Of a DNA stretch of 32,000 bases, positions 17,904 to 25,316 are shown piece by piece. The DNA is from Clostridiales bacterium 38-18 (GTDB taxonomy: Bacteria; Bacillota; Clostridia; Peptostreptococcales; Acidaminobacteraceae), in NCBI GenBank assembly GCA_001897605.1, contig MKTL01000002.1, positions 270,683 through 302,682 of the forward strand, given 5' to 3'. The first letter of the stretch is position 1. Each line of letters opens with the position of its first letter. Under the pieces are notes generated by a model. It saw only the letters and a list, made by a program, of their open reading frames with translations, was not told the DNA's origin and did not search any database. Made by a program: the position numbers and the translations under genes.

Positions 17904-19010
17904 TTAGAAAAGCGTCAGCTTGTTAATTGTAGCAATAACAATGACAAAAATAATCATAGCAAGGGCAATCATCATTGTTAGTATCAACGGCCAATGAAGT
18001 GTGGTATTGCGTTTTCTAAGCTCCATTATATTAAAGCCGAGGCCGACAAAGTCGATTAAAATAGCTATAATGCATAATATCAAGGTAGCCAAAAGATAGT
18101 CTTTACGCCAAAATTGAGGTCGATAAAAGTTAAAAAAATAATCGAGTACATATTTTTTTATTGGCCTAGAAATCATTAAGGTTATAAGGGCAAAAAATAA
18201 CGTCAAGGTACTCATTAAGCCTAAAATTTGCAATCGGCGATATTCTTTTGAGTAAATATCCACAAGATTATCGGATTCATGCTCAAAGTAGTTCGAAATC
18301 TTCTGACTGCTTTCAGGATTTGAGTGAATAATTTCAGATTGTTTTGAATAAAGATATTGTGTGATGAGCTGCGATTGACTTTCCTTTAAACCGATGAATT
18401 GAATTCGATTTAAGTACCGACGAATTTCAACCTGAGCCATTGAGTCAAGTACCCTACATTTTATGGTAAAAATCTTATCCTCTTGATAGTCATAATCAAT
18501 TGCATCCTTTGGTTTTGGGTTGGCGTCAAAAATAATATCAAAGGTTGTGTTTGCTGGCAGCTGTACCGATGAAAGCGCAAGCATTCCTGTAGAGCTTATA
18601 TCCTTTGATACCAGCTGGTAATCTATTCCACGAAACTTAAAATCATAGTTATTAAAAACATTGACTCTAAATGCCTGTCGCCTTTGTACCTTCACGGGCT
18701 CACTGTTAATCATCAAAGTCAAAGAGGAGATACCATTTTCGAAATGACGATCCTTGACAATTGTGTCGATTTCAAATAAGTCTTTTCCCTCTTGCTCAGG
18801 GGCAGAGTAGACGACTGAGAGATGATCTCCAGTGTGAAAATTATAAATTTTACCATGATAGATTGGCGCTATAATCCTAAACTGATTACTGATAACGCCG
18901 CGCTCGATTACGGTTTTAAAACTAATGACATAGGCCTTATTATGTTCATCTCGAGAGGTGACAGATAGTTCAATTGAGTGAGAAGGTAGTAAATATTTTG
19001 TTAGATCCAT
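17904..19010 (-). CDS. PilZ-domain c-di-GMP-binding protein with a C-terminal three-helix membrane anchor
   Basis: PilZ motifs RRQAFR (18666-18683) and DISSTG (18585-18602). Three long hydrophobic segments lie in the last 110 aa or so. Start set at ATG 19010 (MDLTKY), which has GGAGGT upstream; the track start at 19046 lacks an RBS. Confidence 0.8.
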   Translation of the reverse strand: MDLTKYLLPSHSIELSVTSRDEHNKAYVISFKTVIERGVISNQFRIIAPIYHGKIYNFHTGDHLSVVYSAPEQEGKDLFEIDTIVKDRHFENGISSLTLMINSEPVKVQRRQAFRVNVFNNYDFKFRGIDYQLVSKDISSTGMLALSSVQLPANTTFDIIFDANPKPKDAIDYDYQEDKIFTIKCRVLDSMAQVEIRRYLNRIQFIGLKESQSQLITQYLYSKQSEIIHSNPESSQKISNYFEHESDNLVDIYSKEYRRLQILGLMSTLTLFFALITLMISRPIKKYVLDYFFNFYRPQFWRKDYLLATLILCIIAILIDFVGLGFNIMELRKRNTTLHWPLILTMMIALAMIIFVIVIATINKLTLF

Positions 19011-19324
19011 AGGATACCTCCAACAGAATTTATTGTTTATTTTCACACTATATTGGGTATTAAGTCAATATAACAAACCGAAAGGTTGTTGATATAGGGA
19101 GCATCGGGACGTCTTAAAGGACAGTGGTCCTAAGTTTTTTTAATGAGTATTTCCAACGTGTAGCTTTTAAATTTTAGTTTTAACTTTTTTATTTAGGAGG
19201 AATGCTTATAATTACAGAATTTACCGATACAATTGAATATGCTTCACTTCAACGTGCCGAATCCCGTTAAATGGACTTTCATATGTTTTGTGAGAGTCCA
19301 TTTAGTATGTTTAGAGACGAGCAT

Positions 19325-19960
19325 TCACGTACATTTAAAAGATCTTATTTCCTCTTGATCGAGCATATTGATAAATTGCTCTGTCATTCTTGCGGTTAAC
19401 CCCCAAATGGTATAAGCCTCATAATCATAAAAAACAACTGGATAGCGCGCGGCTTTAAAGTTGTAATTTTTACCATCTGGTATGCTTTGATATGGAAAAT
19501 CCTCTGACAAATTAAATACAGAGTTGATAAAGTACGTTTTTGGTGGATGATTGACAAAATAAGATAGTGGAACTGTGAAAATGTGGTCAACTTCATCAGT
19601 GGCATAGCGAATTAGCTCAAAGGGACGTTTAATGATGCCGACATAACAATGGATGATCATATCGAAGCTGGTCATTACGGAATCGATTTGGCCAACGATT
19701 TCAACTTCACTCATTTCGATATTAAGCTCCTCACAGGTTTCTCTTATAGCTGCTTCTCTTGAATGTTCTACATCCTCAATGGCACCTCCTGGAAAGCATA
19801 TTTCGCCTGGCTGAGACTTTAAGGTTAATGCTCTCTTTTCATACAGGAGTTCCCAACAACCGTTTATTTCAATAAGTGGAATCAATACGGAGGATTGCCG
19901 CTTTACACCTGAAGTATTTGGTTTATATCCCTTTATAACATCTATAAGACTATCAATCAT
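19325..19960 (-). CDS. Nudix hydrolase, CoA pyrophosphatase type
   Basis: Nudix box GAIEDVEHSREAAIRETCEELNI, preceded by the CoA-type motif LLYEKRALTLKSQPGEICFPGG. Confidence 0.78.
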   Translation of the reverse strand: MIDSLIDVIKGYKPNTSGVKRQSSVLIPLIEINGCWELLYEKRALTLKSQPGEICFPGGAIEDVEHSREAAIRETCEELNIEMSEVEIVGQIDSVMTSFDMIIHCYVGIIKRPFELIRYATDEVDHIFTVPLSYFVNHPPKTYFINSVFNLSEDFPYQSIPDGKNYNFKAARYPVVFYDYEAYTIWGLTARMTEQFINMLDQEEIRSFKCT

Positions 19961-20090
19961 TTTAACCCCTTGTAACTTCTAATTTTAAATAAAATAAGGT
20001 ATAATGTTAATGCGTATGCTTACCTACTACTATCATACTATATACATACCCAAAACTCAAAGGGGATAAGTAATAGAAAAGGAGTTGCCG

Positions 20091-20600
20091 ATGATTTATT
20101 TATTTATCGTATTCGCAAAAGTAATAGAAGTTTCAATGGCAACCGTTCGAATGGTTTTAATAACAAAAGGAGAACGGAAGATTGGTGCTGTAATAGCATT
20201 CTTTGAGGTTTCACTTTGGGTTGTTCTCGTCAGTACAGTGCTTGACAATATTATGGAGAATCCGTTGAAAATTGTCGCGTATGCATTGGGATTTTCGCTA
20301 GGTAACTATATTGGTAGCTGGGTTGAAGAAAAAATAGGTATTGGGCTAGCTGAAATTCAAGTTATTTTGAAAGAAGAGCATGGTGAAATCGTCGTAGACA
20401 ACCTAAGAGATCAAGGCTATGCTGTGACCGTTTTAAGAGGTGAGGGAAAAAATCACCCGAGATATGTTTTATTGATGTATGTTCAGCGTAAAAAAATTAA
20501 AGAATGTGCCAACTTTATAAAATCAATTCAGGAAAATGCAGTAATTACAGTATCAGATAAAAAATCACTTTATGGTGGATACGGTATGCTCAGAAAATAA
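20091..20600 (+). CDS. UPF0316/DUF2179-family small membrane protein
   Basis: Three N-terminal hydrophobic helices plus a C-terminal soluble domain (GYAVTVLRGEGKN). Start at ATG 20091 (GGAG 6 nt upstream) rather than TTG 20085. Confidence 0.6.
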   Translation: MIYLFIVFAKVIEVSMATVRMVLITKGERKIGAVIAFFEVSLWVVLVSTVLDNIMENPLKIVAYALGFSLGNYIGSWVEEKIGIGLAEIQVILKEEHGEIVVDNLRDQGYAVTVLRGEGKNHPRYVLLMYVQRKKIKECANFIKSIQENAVITVSDKKSLYGGYGMLRK

Positions 20601-20620
20601 AGTGGTTATGAGGAAATGAA

Positions 20621-21376
20621 ATGAAAGTTAAAGAAATTATTATCGATTCACATTCAATTGGCGGTAGTATCCCTATTGTCATTGCTGGACCTTGTTCAGT
20701 AGAATCTCATGAAAGTATACTAGAAATCGCAAAAGCAGTTAAAGAATCTGGTGCACACATGCTAAGGGGTGGTATTTTTAAACCGAGAACTAACCCTCAT
20801 GATTTTCAGGGGTTGGGACTTGAGGGTTTAGAGTTTTTGCTTGAGGCCAAAAGGCAATATCAATTGCCCATCGTAACAGAGTTAATGGATGAAAAGCATT
20901 TGGCTAGATTTGTTGAGGCGGTTGATGTCATACAAATCGGTTCAAGAAACATGTACAACTACAGCTTATTAAAGGCAGTTGGTGAAACAAAAAAACCGAT
21001 ACTTTTAAAGCGGGGCTTTAGTGCAACCGTAAAGGAATGGATTCTTGCAGCAGAGCATATTCTAAAGGGTGGAAATGACAATGTTATTTTTTGTGAAAGA
21101 GGCATTAGAACCTTTGAAACCTATACAAGAAATACATTAGATCTAACAGTGGTCCCTATTATACAGAAAGAAACAGGCTTACCGATTATTGTTGATCCCA
21201 GTCACGGCACAGGTAAAAGGGATTTAGTAGAAATCATGTCAAAGGCTGCAATCGCTTGTGGTACAAATGGGCTGTTAATTGAGGCTCACACCACACCGGA
21301 CTTATCCATATCCGATAAGGATCAAACAGTTGAGATTGAAACCTTAAACAGAATTGTTCGAATGACTCAGATTTAA
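20621..21376 (+). CDS. aroF: 3-deoxy-7-phosphoheptulonate (DAHP) synthase, type I-beta catalytic core only
   Basis: [16 protein letters not shown] and IVDPSHGTG blocks. At 251 aa it has no N- or C-terminal regulatory extension. Confidence 0.75.
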   Translation: MKVKEIIIDSHSIGGSIPIVIAGPCSVESHESILEIAKAVKESGAHMLRGGIFKPRTNPHDFQGLGLEGLEFLLEAKRQYQLPIVTELMDEKHLARFVEAVDVIQIGSRNMYNYSLLKAVGETKKPILLKRGFSATVKEWILAAEHILKGGNDNVIFCERGIRTFETYTRNTLDLTVVPIIQKETGLPIIVDPSHGTGKRDLVEIMSKAAIACGTNGLLIEAHTTPDLSISDKDQTVEIETLNRIVRMTQI

Positions 21377-21391
21377 GGAAAAGCAATTAAA

Positions 21392-21447
21392 AAGGAGAGT
21401 GTACAAATCTGATAAATCAGATTTGTACACTCTCCTTAATTTTTTAG
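21392..21447. terminator. bidirectional intrinsic terminator (long perfect palindrome)
   Basis: AAGGAGAGTGTACAAATCTGAT / ATCAGATTTGTACACTCTCCTT forms a stem of about 20 bp, flanked by AAAA and AATTTTTT. It lies between the convergent aroF and hflC-like genes. Confidence 0.85.
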
Positions 21448-21479
21448 ATATTCAAATGGTATAACCAGTTAGTATATTG

Positions 21480-22532
21480 CTAATTCAAGCTATTCGCTCC
21501 ATTTGAGAAGAACTTAAGGTATTGATTATTTTTATCAATATACATAATTGTGTCTTCATCAATTGTATTTTCATAGGACTTAAGCGTACGCCAAAATTCG
21601 TAGAAGTCTGGATCCTTGCTGAAACCACTCGCATAGATTTCCAAAGCAGATGCATCTGCTTCACCACGAACTTTTTCAGATTCTTCAATTGCACTTGCTT
21701 TAATTTGAGCGACATTTCTATCTGTATCTGCAACTGTATTTTGATAGATTTCTAATCCCTCTGATCTGATTTGTTGTGCAATTGCCTCACGCTCTGCAAT
21801 CATCTTTTTATAGGTTGACTCGATGTTTGAAGCTGGTACAATAGTTCTGTAAACATCGATATCGGTCAATTGGATACCCTGTGTTGCCAGATTATTATTG
21901 AGTTCAGCCATTGCTTCTTGAAGAATGGTTTGTAACGCCTCTTTGTTATTTAGAAAATCCAAGCTGCTTAAGCGATTAACTCTGTCAATTATAACTGCGT
22001 ATGCAATTTCATCAATTTTTGAGTTAGCTCGCGTTACAGTTCCAAGTGAAGATCTAAAGATACCTGGATGAGTTATCTCCCATTGCGCGAACATGCTGAT
22101 TTCATATTTGATTTTATCTTTTGTATTAATTTTTGCAGTATTTGAGATATATGTTAATAGTTTACTTGTATCCTTGTCAACTGTTGTAATAAAAGGTGTT
22201 TTAAATTTTAAGCCTTTAGTAGTCACGATTTTGACATCCTTAAATCTAGGATCTAAATCATTTTGCTTTTGAGCATCAGTATTATCGGCATCGACTACGA
22301 TCGCTTTGATTTCGCCGAGTTCTCTCACTGTGGCAACCTCGTCCTCACGAACGATGTAAAAACAGTTTGTTAATACTACAATTGCTGCTATCACTAAAAC
22401 AAAACCAACCACTACTGCAACACTTCTCTTCGCCTGTGATTTAACATCTTTGAATTTATCTCTAGCTTGAGAAAATTCATCTCTAATGGTTTCCTGAGAA
22501 TCTTGTTTTTGTTCCCCTTGATTGATATTCAT
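21480..22532 (-). CDS. hflC: SPFH/band-7 membrane protein, HflC-like
   Basis: Charged N-terminus, one TM helix (VAVVVGFVLVIAAIVVL), then an SPFH core and a coiled-coil tail. Its start shares one nucleotide with the stop of the upstream paralogue (TAATG). Confidence 0.7.
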   Translation of the reverse strand: MNINQGEQKQDSQETIRDEFSQARDKFKDVKSQAKRSVAVVVGFVLVIAAIVVLTNCFYIVREDEVATVRELGEIKAIVVDADNTDAQKQNDLDPRFKDVKIVTTKGLKFKTPFITTVDKDTSKLLTYISNTAKINTKDKIKYEISMFAQWEITHPGIFRSSLGTVTRANSKIDEIAYAVIIDRVNRLSSLDFLNNKEALQTILQEAMAELNNNLATQGIQLTDIDVYRTIVPASNIESTYKKMIAEREAIAQQIRSEGLEIYQNTVADTDRNVAQIKASAIEESEKVRGEADASALEIYASGFSKDPDFYEFWRTLKSYENTIDEDTIMYIDKNNQYLKFFSNGANSLN

Positions 22533-23470
22533 TATTGTGTACCTCCTGTTGGTTGGAGTGGTAAAAACTTAAGAATGTTATCATTATCAAAATCAATAAT
22601 GTATTTGTTTTTTGCGGTAGCAAGAATTTTCTCCATTGTTTCAATGTATAATCTTGTTTTCGTGATGTCCTTGGATGCGACATATTTTTCATAAACCTGA
22701 TTAAAGTTAGTAACATCACCTTTAGCTTGCGCTATCTTCTCAGCTTTATAGGATTCAGCCTCCTGAATCATTTGATAAGCCTCAGCCCGTGCCTTTGGTA
22801 ACATTTCATTTGAGTACTTGTCTGCCTGACTCTTATATGAATCCTTTTCATTAGAAGCTATATTGACATCATCATATGCATATTGAACATCTTCAGGCAA
22901 TAATACGTCAGTTAATTTGACCTCAGTTACTGAAATCCCAACGTTATAGTTCGCTAGCTTTCGAGTTAGGTCAGGGAGAATTTCTTTTGCGATACTGTCC
23001 TTGTTAACCAGTGCTTCATCTAAAATTTGATTTTGAATGTTACTTCTCAGAACACTTTCAAAGGCAAGTCTGATTGTGCCCTCTTGGTTGTCGACATTGT
23101 AATGGTATGCTGCGACATCTGTAATTTTATATTGGATGACAGCGCCAATGTTGATTAAATAGGAGCCCTTTGTCAATACAATTTCTTCGTTGCTAACGTC
23201 CTGATAGGTTGCAGCAGAAGAGGTTGTGGCTTCGCTGAGAGGTCGATAGCCGTATTGAAGTGAGTAAATCTCATTGGTATTGTAAATGATTACCTTGTCA
23301 ATGAATGGAATTTTAAAATGTAAACCTGCGGCAGTGTTCACGTTAGACATTTTTCCAAATCTTTCAATGATTGCTTCTTCAGCATTATCAAGCGTATAGT
23401 AACTGCTTAGAAAAACAGACGCTATGATAATGATTAAAGGAATCAGAACAAACAATTTTCTTGCTTTCAT
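22532..23470 (-). CDS. hflK: SPFH/band-7 membrane protein, HflK-like
   Basis: N-terminal TM helix (LFVLIPLIIIIASVFL), an SPFH core, and a coiled-coil region rich in A, E, K and Q. GGAGGA RBS. Confidence 0.7.
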   Translation of the reverse strand: MKARKLFVLIPLIIIIASVFLSSYYTLDNAEEAIIERFGKMSNVNTAAGLHFKIPFIDKVIIYNTNEIYSLQYGYRPLSEATTSSAATYQDVSNEEIVLTKGSYLINIGAVIQYKITDVAAYHYNVDNQEGTIRLAFESVLRSNIQNQILDEALVNKDSIAKEILPDLTRKLANYNVGISVTEVKLTDVLLPEDVQYAYDDVNIASNEKDSYKSQADKYSNEMLPKARAEAYQMIQEAESYKAEKIAQAKGDVTNFNQVYEKYVASKDITKTRLYIETMEKILATAKNKYIIDFDNDNILKFLPLQPTGGTQ

Positions 23471-23635
23471 AGTTTCCTCCTAGGTTCGATATATTACTAG
23501 TTTATAAGTTTGTCACATAAAATACAATTAACAAAGCATTAAATGTGGCAAAAAATAAAGTGCTGCATCGATGAATAAGTTAACCATCTCTTAACGCTTT
23601 TTTAAGGAATTAACGATATTACTTAAAGAGAAGAC

Positions 23636-23664
23636 TTAACAAACTAAGGGTAAGAGGTTAGAAT
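23636..23664 (+). promoter_or_regulatory. sigma-A type promoter for the yihY-family gene
   Basis: TTAACA (23636-23641), 17-nt spacer, TAGAAT (23659-23664). It lies 34 nt upstream of the ATG. Confidence 0.55.
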
Positions 23665-23697
23665 AGTAATATATTTAAAGAGAAGGTACAGGGGGAA

Positions 23698-24549
23698 ATG
23701 ATGTCAATAAAAGCGAATGAACGAATGCTCGGATATTATATTAGGAGAATAGGTGAGCGGTATAAGGCGCATCATATTACAGCGTTTGCTGGTCAGATGG
23801 CGTACTTCTTTGTCTTGTCATTTTTTCCTTTGCTAATATTCTTAATTTCTGTTATTTCTAAGCTTAACATTAACTACGATTTCGCTTTAGATATTCTTCA
23901 AAGATATATTCCGAGTAATATTAGTAAAATGATAACTGATTTTATCGGTCAAACGATAATGACTGAAGGCCTAACGGTTCTTTCAATTTCAGGAATTACG
24001 ATGCTTTATTCTGCTTCTCGTGCCATCAGTGCGTTGCAACGATCAATAAATATGTCCTATGATGTGAGTGAAACGCGAAATTTTATTTTAGTTAAGTTAA
24101 TGGGGATGTTCTATACCTTAATGTTTATACTGATTATAGTACTCTCATTACTTGTTCCTTCTGTTTTTCAAGGCATATATGATTTTATTAACTCATATAT
24201 TAAGTTCAGTATAGATGATTATTGGCTTGATTTCGCCCATTTATTGCGGAATCTACTTCTATTCATTAGCTTTATTTTTGTCTTTCTTTCAATTTATTTG
24301 TTCCTCCCAAACAAAAAAGTACACCTGTCAGAAATACTGCCAGGTGCTGGGTTTGCTGTTATTGGATCTTTGGCAACCAATTATATTTTTACGAGAATCG
24401 TAACCAAGCTAACCGATTATTCTATCGTATACGGTTCCTTGTCAGCAATAGTAGCTTTCATGGTTTGGGTTTATTTCATGGCCTTAATCATTATACTCGG
24501 CGCCGAAATTAACGCGATAACCTCTAATTTTAAGCACGATAATCGATAA
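23698..24549 (+). CDS. YihY/BrkB (virulence factor BrkB / former RNase BN) family membrane protein
   Basis: 283 aa with about 6 hydrophobic helices. N-terminal AFAGQMAYFFVLSFFPLL and C-terminal WVYFMALIIILGAEINA are characteristic blocks of this family. Confidence 0.8.
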   Translation: MMSIKANERMLGYYIRRIGERYKAHHITAFAGQMAYFFVLSFFPLLIFLISVISKLNINYDFALDILQRYIPSNISKMITDFIGQTIMTEGLTVLSISGITMLYSASRAISALQRSINMSYDVSETRNFILVKLMGMFYTLMFILIIVLSLLVPSVFQGIYDFINSYIKFSIDDYWLDFAHLLRNLLLFISFIFVFLSIYLFLPNKKVHLSEILPGAGFAVIGSLATNYIFTRIVTKLTDYSIVYGSLSAIVAFMVWVYFMALIIILGAEINAITSNFKHDNR

Positions 24550-25147
24550 TGCTTCCTTCAATTCGATCATTTGATAGGATACTTTGAATTTTCAGATATA
24601 CCCTAGACTGTAATTCCATAAATCCGTCTGGGAGTCTAAATAGAAACTTAAATTTTTCTGGTGACTCACAGAGTGTTTTAAAAAAGAGTGGTCGATTGAG
24701 CTTAAATTGATAGAGAGTGTGAGTTAATCCAATAGAATTTAATTCTTCCTCAAAATCATTTGTGATGCTTTCTACTAGAAAGGTGAAATGCGTGCCATAC
24801 ATGCGGTCACATTGACGCGCCTTATCAAATAGTAAATGAATTGCTTCAATAAGGTCTAATGCTCCAGAGATAACTTCTTCTTCGTGCTGTTTGTAATAGC
24901 TCTCCATGGCTTGATCTTCGCGACTGTGCTCAGAAAGTCTTATAAAAGAAGCTTTAAGGTTATGCGCATTGGAATAAAATAGATCCATAATAAAGCGCTC
25001 ATTTCCTGAACGATGATCAGGAGTATTATGGACTTCACCTTTTCCGTAGACGTGTGTTACGGTTTGTGATTTCTGTGTACTTTTAACATTGCTCACTGGA
25101 ACTTTACTATAATTAGTAACAGCTGGACTTTTTGTTATATTAGCCAT
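24530..25147 (-). CDS. hypothetical protein (205 aa), no recognisable motif
   Basis: Strong RBS AAAGGAGGGAG upstream of the ATG. The N-terminal 50 aa are low-complexity and rich in S, T, K and V. The remainder looks helical. Divergent from the 1,633-aa gene. The 3' end overlaps the yihY-family gene by 20 nt. Confidence 0.55.
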   Translation of the reverse strand: MANITKSPAVTNYSKVPVSNVKSTQKSQTVTHVYGKGEVHNTPDHRSGNERFIMDLFYSNAHNLKASFIRLSEHSREDQAMESYYKQHEEEVISGALDLIEAIHLLFDKARQCDRMYGTHFTFLVESITNDFEEELNSIGLTHTLYQFKLNRPLFFKTLCESPEKFKFLFRLPDGFMELQSRVYLKIQSILSNDRIEGSIIDYRA

Positions 25148-25204
25148 AGTACTCCCTCCTTTCGATTTCTAATATATTTATCGGCGTATCTTTGGTTTTG
25201 TATT

Positions 25205-25218
25205 AGCATTGCAATGCT
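25205..25218. promoter_or_regulatory. perfect 14-bp palindrome, candidate operator
   Basis: AGCATTGCAATGCT is its own reverse complement. It lies in the divergent promoter region, about 60 bp upstream of the -10 of the large gene. Confidence 0.35.
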
Positions 25219-25276
25219 TTTGTAATAAATTCAATCTATGCTGCTGTTAAATAGAAGCTTCAACAACACTTGGATA

Positions 25277-25285
25277 TGTTATAAT
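25277..25285 (+). promoter_or_regulatory. extended -10 promoter of the large-gene operon
   Basis: TGTTATAAT (TG at 25277-25278, TATAAT at 25280-25285). No good -35. About 30 nt upstream of the start codon. Confidence 0.5.
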
Positions 25286-25316
25286 ATTTGTAAGACAATT
25301 TACGAGAGGTGTTGTG

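Noticed and set aside
19072-19141. c-di-GMP riboswitch next to the PilZ gene (GAAA tetraloop hairpin and a GGGACG...AAAGG stretch)
   Set aside because: The resemblance to the GEMM-I core is only a few nucleotides. The structure is on the strand opposite to both neighbouring genes and has no downstream plus-strand gene.
19202-19270. 22-codon plus-strand ORF (MLIITEFTDTIEYASLQRAESR) preceded by AGGAGG
   Set aside because: The Shine-Dalgarno sequence ends only 1 nt before the ATG, which is too close for initiation. There is no supporting composition or conservation evidence.
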